A program made the position numbers and the translations under genes. A DNA stretch of 64,000 nt from an uncultured bacterium (GTDB lineage: Bacteria > Electryoneota > AABM5-125-24 > Hatepunaeales > Hatepunaeaceae): positions 131,707 through 195,706 of the forward strand of contig CAZVKN010000001.1 in assembly GCA_964627035.1 (NCBI GenBank). Reading direction: 5' to 3'. A model generated the notes under the pieces. That model was given only the letters and a program-made list of their open reading frames with translations, was not told where the DNA came from and did no database searches. Of this stretch, positions 46,196 through 53,700 are shown one piece after another (the first letter of the stretch is position 1; the number at the start of each line of letters is the position of its first letter).

Positions 46196-46504
46196 TCAGA
46201 GACAACCCGCTGGACGTGGAAGTCCGGCGATGCGGTACGCTCCTTTGGCAATCCCGCAAGGGAACATCTCACAGATGAACCTGCTGCTGAATCCGGTGCT
46301 TTTGCCGATTTTGATGATCGGGGGACCTTCGCCGTACTCATGATAATAGTCACGAACGAAGTCAATGACTTTCCAATGATCGTCGGATAGCGGACCGAGG
46401 TCGTTTTTTTTCGCAAGATCTGCAGCGATATCACGTGTCCATGATGTCATTTCAATTAGAAAACCGTCCGGATTCTCCAGTTGATTTGTTTGAGTGGTTA
46501 CCAT
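46196..46504 (-). CDS. DsrC/TusE-family sulfur-relay-type protein (CysA-only)
   Basis: 102 aa reading ...LSDDHWKVIDFVRDYYHEYGEGPP...MFPCGIAKGAYRIAGLPRPAGCL. The penultimate Cys is present and the CysB position is Tyr. There is a strong SD (gaggagg). Confidence 0.85.
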   Translation of the reverse strand: MVTTQTNQLENPDGFLIEMTSWTRDIAADLAKKNDLGPLSDDHWKVIDFVRDYYHEYGEGPPIIKIGKSTGFSSRFICEMFPCGIAKGAYRIAGLPRPAGCL

Positions 46505-46639
46505 ACGGTGCCTCCTCGAAAGTGTATTTGCCGGAATATATACCTATCCGGTCTGAATGAAGAGGACAAAGAGGGCAGAAAGGTGTAGCAGTAAAGCAAA
46601 TTATTGACTTTGTCAGCAGTAAACGTTACTTTGTTCTAT

Positions 46640-46732
46640 TGCAAAAGGGAGATTCCGCTACGGAATTATTTCTTTCTGCAAACCGGTTCGACGGGTTGCT
46701 CGTGGTGGTGCTGTCCCGTCGAACCTTTTTTT
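46640..46732 (+). ncRNA. candidate small RNA of about 90 nt (orphan promoter plus intrinsic terminator), opposite in orientation to all neighbouring genes
   Basis: TTGACT (46605-46610)-17 nt-TACTTT (46628-46633). An 11-bp stem ggttcgacggg/cccgtcgaacc (46685-46695 and 46715-46725) is followed by T7 (46726-46732). There is no start codon or SD-led ORF. Confidence 0.35.
46685..46732 (+). terminator. plus-strand Rho-independent terminator with no plus-strand gene upstream
   Basis: 11-bp GC-rich stem, 19-nt loop and TTTTTTT tail. On the minus strand no U-tract follows the stem. Confidence 0.6.
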
Positions 46733-46766
46733 GTCCTGTGGATTATTGTCTTCTACATTGCAAAAG

Positions 46767-47588
46767 TTAAAGCTCGATTTTCAAATCATTTTCTGTTGAT
46801 ATAAGCTCAAGATTATTAATCAAGTAATTAAATTTATCCATAGTGAATGCACCCTCAATGCATGCAAACACCGCTTTGTCACATTCTGACGGAATCTCAA
46901 AGCGGTCACCCACCAGCACAATTCTTACAAATGGTAATCTTGGATCCTCTGCAATATTCATCGCAAATTCACGTGCCCGTTTGTTGCCCATAGAGCAGTC
47001 AATCGTGACATAGTCCGGACGGAATTTCTCAACGATCATCGAGAATGTATATTCGCAGTCAACGAAGCTGACATCGAATCTGGGATCAATACCTTTGGAC
47101 ACGACCTCATTCTGAAGCGATTTCTTGTCAGTAACCACCATAACATTCGGCGGCTGAGTCTTGACGGTGTGGTAGTATTCGCACTCTTCGCATGTCTGGT
47201 TGCAGAAAGATCTCGCATGACCTGAGTTTTCAGGAAGTTTAATCATCTCATAGCAGCGGTATGCTTTGGCTTGATAGACGATACACTGCCGACATTTCGG
47301 ATCAATCCCGTCAACATTGGCGTTAAACTCCCAGCAATATTGGACCGTGCTATACCTGTTTCCGTTGCCATGTCCATTGCCGTTACCGCTCCCGTTAGCC
47401 CTTTTAATAAGAGTGTTATGCACATCTGTTTTTTGTAGAATCTCACTACGGTTTATGCGATAGTGACCGCCTGGGGTTCGCATGGCACGGATTCTACCGG
47501 CTTTTATCCATTTGAGAACGGCATCAGGGGTCACGGAAAGCATCTCTGCAGCTTGTCCGGTGGTCAGGTATTGTTTTTTATCGCTCAA
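46767..47588 (-). CDS. transcriptional regulator with excisionase/MerR-type HTH, Gly-Asn linker, seven-Cys module and receiver-like C-terminal domain
   Basis: 273 aa. The N-terminus YLTTGQAAEMLSVTPDAVLKWIKAGRIRAMRTPGGHYRI is HTH_17-like. This is followed by GSGNGNGHGNGN, then C-x14-C-x2-C-x9-C-x19-C-x3-C-x2-C. The C-terminus has an alternating beta/alpha pattern. The start is TTG. Confidence 0.75.
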   Translation of the reverse strand: MSDKKQYLTTGQAAEMLSVTPDAVLKWIKAGRIRAMRTPGGHYRINRSEILQKTDVHNTLIKRANGSGNGNGHGNGNRYSTVQYCWEFNANVDGIDPKCRQCIVYQAKAYRCYEMIKLPENSGHARSFCNQTCEECEYYHTVKTQPPNVMVVTDKKSLQNEVVSKGIDPRFDVSFVDCEYTFSMIVEKFRPDYVTIDCSMGNKRAREFAMNIAEDPRLPFVRIVLVGDRFEIPSECDKAVFACIEGAFTMDKFNYLINNLELISTENDLKIEL

Positions 47589-47629
47589 GTAACAGTTATT
47601 TAATATATGGTTTTTATCGGTTTTATGGT

Positions 47630-47658
47630 ATTATAGTATGTTTTTTATTGATTGTCAA
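47630..47658 (-). promoter_or_regulatory. consensus sigma70 promoter of the HTH/Cys-rich regulator
   Basis: The minus strand reads TTGACA-17 nt-TATAAT exactly (plus-strand tgtcaa 47653-47658 and attata 47630-47635). It lies about 40 nt upstream of the start at 47588. Confidence 0.7.
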
Positions 47659-47672
47659 GTCTTTTTACCGAT

Positions 47673-47850
47673 TTTGTAATTGAGTGATTGAGTAATTGAG
47701 TGATTATGTGATTGATGGTGACTTCCGACAAAAAATGAGGGCGTCCCGATCAGTCGGGACGCCCTCAGAAAAATTATTGGGTGATTTTGTGATTGGGTGA
47801 TTTCTCACTTGTCAACTTGTCAACTTTCTAACTTGTCAACTTGCTAACTT
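47673..47850. repeat. phased TTG-octamer arrays on both sides of the terminator hairpin
   Basis: 47673-47721 reads ttgagtga ttgagtaa ttgagtga ttatgtga ttgatggt. 47777-47850 reads ttgggtga ttttgtga ttgggtga tttctcac ttgtcaac ttgtcaac tttctaac ttgtcaac ttgctaac, nine octamers in one phase. The last units overlap the final codons of the kinase gene. Confidence 0.8.
47729..47767 (-). terminator. Rho-independent terminator of the hybrid histidine kinase gene
   Basis: Perfect 13-bp stem gagggcgtcccga/tcgggacgccctc (47737-47749 and 47754-47766) with a 4-nt loop. On the minus strand it is followed by a T-run (plus-strand A6 at 47730-47735). Confidence 0.85.
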
Positions 47851-48984
47851 CCTGAGCTTGATAAAAAACGATGCACCTCTCCCCTCTTCGCTCTCTGCCC
47901 AGATCTGACCTTGCTGTGCTTCAACCGCTATTTTGCAAAATGCAAGACCGAGACCGACGCTGTATTTACCGGCAATCTCACGATTCCTGACTCTGAAGTA
48001 CTTGTCAAATATCTTTGTCAGATAGTCCTGTGGTATGCCTTTGCCATTGTCTGCCACCTCGATGGTTGCCCACTCATCGTCTGAAACGAAAGAAAGTTCG
48101 ATATCACTGTCTGTTCGAGTGTGCTTGATCGCATTTGACAACAGATTCTGAATCACGCGGGAAATCAGCTCGCTGTCTGCCTGTACACTCAGCTTCTCAG
48201 GAATATCATTCAGCAGGATTTTGCCACCTGATTGTTCTATCTGATAATCATACTTGGCACATATCTCTGTCAGAACCGGAACCAGATTAACTTCGGACAG
48301 AGTTACAGGCATCTCACCACTCTCCAGCCTCGATACATCGAGCATTCCTCGTGTCAGGGAGAACGTCTCTTCAACTGAATTTTCTATAGTTACAGCAAAA
48401 TCTTTTAACACGTCCTTGTCAATATCGTCACTATGCGACAAATCGAGTATCATCTCGGACATACCGCGTATGACGGAAAGTGGATTATTCAGGTCATGTA
48501 CTACCATGTGGACAAGGTTGTCACGAGCTTCCTCAGCTTCCTGCAGGGCATCGTAGTTTTCTGCGATTTTATCATACAGTTCAATCTGAAGATCGCGTGC
48601 CCTCTTTTTCTCAAGACAGCCGTTAATGCGTGCTTTCAGCAAAATGGAATTGAACGGTTTGGTGAGGTAATCATCTGCTCCTCTCTCGAGGCAGTGCACT
48701 ATGCTGTTTATGTTGTCATCTGCGGTAATCATAATCACCGGCAGATCTCTCAATACTTTATCCTGCTTCATCTCAATGAGCACTTCATGTCCGTCCATCA
48801 CGGGCATCATTATATCGAGGAGCACAACATCAATATCTCTTTCTCGCATGACCTTCAAGGCAATTTCACCATTTTCAGCGAAACACGAATTAAATCCCTG
48901 CATCAGGATGAAATCGTGTAGAAGAGCTCGGTTTGCTTCAGTGTCATCAACGATAAGAATCAGTGGAATTTTTAAATTGTCCAA
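47836..48984 (-). CDS. hybrid response-regulator/histidine kinase (REC-HisKA-HATPase_c)
   Basis: 382 aa with an N-terminal receiver (ILIVDD...VVLLDIMMPVMDG...KPF). It has an H-box (HDLNNPL), N-box (LLSNAIKHT), G1 (DNGKGIP) and G2 (GLGLAFC). The start is TTG. Confidence 0.88.
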   Translation of the reverse strand: MDNLKIPLILIVDDTEANRALLHDFILMQGFNSCFAENGEIALKVMRERDIDVVLLDIMMPVMDGHEVLIEMKQDKVLRDLPVIMITADDNINSIVHCLERGADDYLTKPFNSILLKARINGCLEKKRARDLQIELYDKIAENYDALQEAEEARDNLVHMVVHDLNNPLSVIRGMSEMILDLSHSDDIDKDVLKDFAVTIENSVEETFSLTRGMLDVSRLESGEMPVTLSEVNLVPVLTEICAKYDYQIEQSGGKILLNDIPEKLSVQADSELISRVIQNLLSNAIKHTRTDSDIELSFVSDDEWATIEVADNGKGIPQDYLTKIFDKYFRVRNREIAGKYSVGLGLAFCKIAVEAQQGQIWAESEEGRGASFFIKLRKLAS

Positions 48985-49140
48985 GATGTTTCCGGGGGTT
49001 TAACGTGTTGTAATCTGACAGAACATAAAGTACCACAAACGGTAGCAATAAGCAGGGCTTGTGAATAAGAACCGGAGCTGTATCGGTATGAAATCAGGCT
49101 GCTCAATGATGAAGAGCAACTTGATAATGCGCATGGAATA

Positions 49141-49169
49141 TTGCATTTCATAACGCACTGCTGTATTAT
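49141..49169 (+). promoter_or_regulatory. candidate promoter of the 63-aa membrane protein gene
   Basis: TTGCAT-17 nt-TATTAT, about 50 nt upstream of the ATG at 49220. Confidence 0.5.
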
Positions 49170-49219
49170 GCGAAAAAAACGAAAATGTTGATGAATCATA
49201 ATTTCGTGGAGGATGAAAT

Positions 49220-49411
49220 ATGTCCCAAAATAGAATCAAATCTCCGCCTCGATGGATGTTCGCCATCCTTGTTGTAGGGGGCTTCATAGCCTGCGGGATC
49301 TACATTGGGATGATCCGCATTGATGGTGCTTCAACGGGGCATGTTGTCCGCGCCATAGGATTTGGTATCATGGGTTTGTTGATGCTATGGGGAGTTATTG
49401 GTAAACAATAG
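49220..49411 (+). CDS. small membrane protein (63 aa, two predicted TM helices)
   Basis: ggagga lies 6 nt upstream of the ATG and a good promoter is present. There are two hydrophobic stretches (FAILVVGGFIACGIYIGMI and AIGFGIMGLLMLWGVIG). Confidence 0.55.
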   Translation: MSQNRIKSPPRWMFAILVVGGFIACGIYIGMIRIDGASTGHVVRAIGFGIMGLLMLWGVIGKQ

Positions 49412-49471
49412 AAACTCTTTGGAACACTAACTGTGTTATCTTAGCGATGTGTTTAAGAGTTCAGGCTTCAG

Positions 49472-49600
49472 AGTTTGTCAGCTAATACAGAATATCCGTT
49501 GTCAGGTCGCCGCACCTGACAGCCATATTATTGATATTACATAAGTTGGACTGTCAACCGCGGCGGATTGACAGCAGAAACGTCTATTATCGGACAGACC
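49472..49600 (-). mobile_element. 129-bp MITE (family C) with 6-bp target-site duplication CTTCAG
   Basis: It is flanked by cttcag at 49466-49471 and 49601-49606. The ends are agtttgtcagctaata / tattatcggacagacc (imperfect TIR). It contains the palindromes gtcaggtcgccgcacctgac and ctgtcaaccgcggcggattgacag. It is inverted relative to the copy at 50214-50341. Confidence 0.8.
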
Positions 49601-49640
49601 CTTCAGCCTGTGCCAATGATTTCTTTAGCAGGATAAAAAG

Positions 49641-50069
49641 TTGAAAGCTATTCATCGTGACTTACTGTTGGCTTTGGTTTCAGGCGCGATTGCAGGGACT
49701 GTTATTTTAGGGATCGTTGGTCGCGCAGTCACAGTCACTATTGCAGTCGCCACTGACAACCCCTTGAACCTAAGCTTGAAAGGTGCAATGGAAGTGGTGA
49801 TCATAGGAACGTTGATAGGTGCGATTGGTGGAATCCTGCTTTTCGTTCTCAGGAGAAATCTCAGCAACGTATTGTACCTTCGAGGGATTGTCGTCGGTGC
49901 TTTGTTATTTACATGTTCTGTCCTTGTCTTATTGACATGGGGAACGTTCAGATTCAGCTATTCGGGATTACAACTCCTCACGCTTATAAGTGTTCTAATC
50001 GTTTATATGGCATACGGTATTATTGCGGATTTTATTCAGAGGCTGTTCATTGAAACAGTAGATGAATAG
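49641..50069 (+). CDS. hypothetical membrane protein (142 aa, about four TM helices)
   Basis: ORF with four hydrophobic segments and a TTG start, bracketed by the two inverted family C MITEs. Confidence 0.5.
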   Translation: MKAIHRDLLLALVSGAIAGTVILGIVGRAVTVTIAVATDNPLNLSLKGAMEVVIIGTLIGAIGGILLFVLRRNLSNVLYLRGIVVGALLFTCSVLVLLTWGTFRFSYSGLQLLTLISVLIVYMAYGIIADFIQRLFIETVDE

Positions 50070-50198
50070 GTATTGCTACTTAACTAATGCCTTATCAAAT
50101 TCGATTAATAAAGGGTATTCTTCGCTGTTTGGTGTGGGTATTGTTTCATATTCATAAGGATCATAGGCATCTGTAAATAAATAACAGTCACACTATCG

Positions 50199-50401
50199 TC
50201 ATTCCCGCGAAGGAGTCTGTCTGATAATGATATATTCCGCTGTCAACCCGCCGCGGTTGACAGCCCAATCTACGTAATATCAATAAGATGCTGTCAGGTG
50301 CGGCGACCTGATAACGGTTTTTGGGTATTATTGGACATACTCGAAGGTGGGAATCCAGTAAACAATTGTTATTACTGGATTCTGGATCAAGTCAGAATGA
50401 C
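50199..50401. repeat. family D palindromic element interrupted by the family C MITE
   Basis: 50199-50213 (gtcattcccgcgaagg) plus 50348-50401 (tgggaatccagtaaacaattgttattactggattctggatcaagtcagaatgac) rebuild a 70-bp element. That element is collinear with the 71-bp copy at 43795-43865. Confidence 0.8.
50214..50341 (+). mobile_element. 128-bp MITE (family C) inserted into a family D element, with 6-bp target-site duplication CGAAGG
   Basis: cgaagg occurs at 50208-50213 and 50342-50347. The ends are agtctgtctgataat / attattggacatact. By eye it is roughly 80-90 percent identical to the reverse complement of 49472-49600. Confidence 0.85.
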
Positions 50402-50497
50402 AAAGTAAGGGCTTGTTCCAAGCCCAAAGTTGCTGTTGAGACAACCCGACTACAAATGCACCACCAAGGTTCGAACAATCCGCATCACTTGGCTGAG

Positions 50498-50526
50498 TTG
50501 ACATTCTCCTCCAGTTATCCTATCTT
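50498..50526 (+). promoter_or_regulatory. candidate promoter of the 1171-aa T9SS cargo gene
   Basis: TTGACA-17 nt-TATCTT, which would give a leader of about 190 nt. A second candidate, TTCAAC-17 nt-TATAAT, has its -10 at 50690-50695. Confidence 0.45.
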
Positions 50527-50722
50527 ACATAAGGAGTTGTTGTTTGATCTGTTGTCTGTGATCCCTGTCACAATAGCTGACCATTACAGATGACAGGACT
50601 ATTCCATTTTGCACTGCATTATCCGCTTTCATACAGTGAGGCGGTAACTAACCACTTCAAAAATCTCTTCAACTCCGGTAGTTTGCGAATTATAATCTGA
50701 ACAGTTTCGCGAGGGAGAACGA

Positions 50723-53700
50723 ATGCAAACCAAAACATTCCTATCATTTATTACAATCATTGTCACACTCTTTGTTATTCCGTCAACGGTTATGGCTGAT
50801 GTGACGATCACACCGAAAGGGATCTGTCTCGTTCGGGAAGATGAGGACGTAATTGAGACGACCTTTACTCTGACAAACTCCGGTGAGGAAGAAGTAGGTT
50901 TCTTTATTAGGATGCGCCCTCGAAATTGGGGTGACGAGGAGGACAGAATTCCTCGTCGGGATCGAAGAGGAGGTCCTGATGACATGGAATATGAATGGCG
51001 GGATAACGATGAAGAGGACGGTCTCGATTTTCAATGGATTGACATCACTGAATTCGAGGATGTCGTCGAAGTGGAGAATGTTGAAGATGACTCCTATCAC
51101 GGCATGTTTGAGCTTGGGTTTGAATTTGAGTTTTATGGTGAAGTTTACGAAGAGATCGGGCTCCACTCAAACGGGTGGGCTTCATTTGTCAATGCAGAGG
51201 CTATAGGATTTTTCTACCCGGATTGGTGTGATAATGACCTGCCGCACGCCAACGGAAATACTCCACCTCCTCCGACACTTCTCGCTGTAAATTATCAGGA
51301 TCTGAACCCTGCTATAGCAGGTGACATCTATTATTGGACGAACGAGCAGGATATGGCGATTATCACATGGGAAGAAATCTCACACTTTGTTGATGACCAG
51401 GGTGATCGTGATTTGTGGACATTTCAGGTAATAGTAACTTCAAACGGTCTGATTAAATATCAATATGAATCGGTCGGTGTTTACGACAACAACGATATGA
51501 TGATAGGTTTACAGAATGAGGACCGAGATCTCGGATTTACAGTCGTTCGCCAAAACTTTGAATACATCGAGGAAGAGAGGACAGTTGCATTCGGTCAGCC
51601 GTCAGCATGGGTCTCCTGGTTGACTTACGACCCGGCAGATGGAGTGATTGAAGCGGATAGTGAAGTCGAGGTTACCGCTACAGTGGACACGGAAGATCTG
51701 GAAGCCGGTGTTTACTTTGCAACGCTGATCGTTAACATTGACATAGATGATGAAGATGCGCTCATGTTCCCGGTGGTTGTGTCCGTTGACAGCCCCGTAG
51801 GATCAATCGAAGGATCGGTGATTGATCCGGCAACCGATGAAGCAATACCGGATGCGGTCATACAATTTTCCCCATCAGAGATAATCCGAATCAGCGACGA
51901 TGACGGCATGTTTGAGGTGCCCAATCTGCCGGTCGGAAACTACGATATTAGCTGCACTTCATCTGATTATTTTGATGCAATTATTGAAAATGTTGAAGTT
52001 GAGGAAGGTGAAGTCACCGATGTTACATTTGAACTGCTGCACGCTGAGTGTCTGCTCGACCGTGAAGATATAGAGGTGGCGCTTGAACCTGGCTCTGAAA
52101 TATCGGTTGAATTTGACTTAACGAACGGTGGAAATGCACAGTTGACATGGCGAGTTGAGAGGCATTTGCTTGGGGATGCAGATAACGATCCGTGGGAATT
52201 ACGCGAGAGAATTGAAGTCGGTGAAATAGTTGAAGACAGTTACCTCAGCGGCGTCGTGTACGTTGATGGGCTCTATTATATATCCGGTGGTAATAACCGT
52301 CAGAATGATAACTTCGTTTATGTGATCAATGAAGATGGAGAGGAAGTTGATCGTTTTGAGCAGTTCGCTCAGTCACGTTATGGAATGCGCGATTTGGATT
52401 GGGACGGCGAGCTTATCTGGGGCGGTGATGCCGGAATGGTGTACGGATTTACTACTGCAGGAGACCTTGAAGTCGAGTTTGAAGCGGATGTCAATCCGGC
52501 ACGCGCCATTGCATGGGACACAGAACTGAACACACTTTGGGTTGCATCTGAAGGAACAGATATTTTTGGATATGACCGTGAGGGCAACTTGCAGGCAATT
52601 ATAGAAAAAGAAGATAACATCGCCCTGCAAGGCATAAGCTACTATCCTGAAGATCCAGAAGGATTTAACCTATACATCTTCTCGCGTGAAGGGGAGGATG
52701 AAGATTCTGATACGCGTGTTTATAAGCTGAATACTGACAATGGCGAGATTCGATTTGTTGCGGACTTAGAATTGGATGATCGTGCGGGAGGGCTTTATAT
52801 ATCCAATCAGTTTGACATATATAGCTGGGTTTTTGTAGGAATACTTGAGAATGCGGGTAGAACTCCCGATGCCCTCGGCATCTGGCAAATTGATGTACGA
52901 GTTGGATGGATGGAAGTTGAACCTACTGAGGGCGTTGTAGAGGCGGGAGAATCTGCAGAACTGGAATTGACACTGAATTCTGTGGGGCTGCCTGTGGCTG
53001 AATTTGAAGGCGAGCTGATCTTTGTCCATGACGGTCTCGGTGGTGAGACTCATTTACCTGTGACAATGAACATAACCGAAGGACCGGTACAAACACGACG
53101 TCAGTTGAACCTGAACTTTGGCTGGAATCTGGTGTCGCTGAATATAGAGCCTGATCTGGAGGATGTGGTTGAATTGACTGCTGAACTTGTCGCTGATGAC
53201 AATTTGATTATGATGAAAAACGGAGCCGGTCAATTCTATGTTCCATCCGCTGATTTCAACAATATACCAGGCTGGTTCGTTGAAGAAGGTTATCAGATGA
53301 AACTTGCAAGGGATGCACGACTTACTGTTGATGGTATGAGTGTGGTTGCTGATGAGCCGATACCGCTGGAAGAAGGGTGGAATTTAACCTCGTATTTTCC
53401 TCGTCGCAGCGTTGATGCTGTATTAGCTCTATCTGCGCTGGTGGAAACGGATCATCTCATTATCGCAAAGGACGGTGATGGGCATTTCTACGTCCCGGAA
53501 TTCGGATTCACAAATATGGGGTTGATGAGCGAAGGATATGGATATAAACTGAATGTTGACGCTGATGTAGAACTGATTTATGTGCAGGAACCTCCTGAGG
53601 ATACTCCGGCTGTTCACCGTTCGATTCACAGACAGATTTCATCTTCAAAGGAGGGAAATAGGACAGGGAACAATATGAGCCTGTTGGTGCTGTCTGATGA

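Noticed and set aside
46531-46551. Palindrome CCGGA-N11-TCCGG just upstream of the dsrC-like gene, considered as an operator for the adjacent HTH regulator. A MerR-style long-spacer promoter (TTGTCC ... TATATA) was also considered.
   Set aside because: The arms are only 5 bp and the -35/-10 spacing is 21-23 nt by my count, so it could easily arise by chance. I keep it as a note only. Orthologous promoters would be needed to judge it.
48433-48921. 162-aa plus-strand ORF antisense to the hybrid kinase. 40723..41154 and 41356..41712, antisense to the aldehyde dehydrogenase, are similar cases.
   Set aside because: They are shadow ORFs of well-supported genes.
49601-50213. Phase-variable invertible segment (inverton) containing the 142-aa ORF.
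   Set aside because: No invertase or recombinase gene is nearby. The flanking inverted repeats are independent MITE insertions, each with its own TSD. Inversion remains possible by homologous recombination but is unproven, so it is reported only as a hypothesis under the MITE-pair finding.
50321-50593. 90-aa ORF in the long spacer before the 1171-aa gene. 46604..46804 (66 aa), 38792..38989 (65 aa) and 61240..61509 (89 aa, contains VIPAKAGIQ) are similar cases.
   Set aside because: They are composed largely of translated repeat elements or octamer arrays, for example the PAKAGIQ-type peptide from the cgcgggaatgac hairpin. They have non-ATG starts and no SD.
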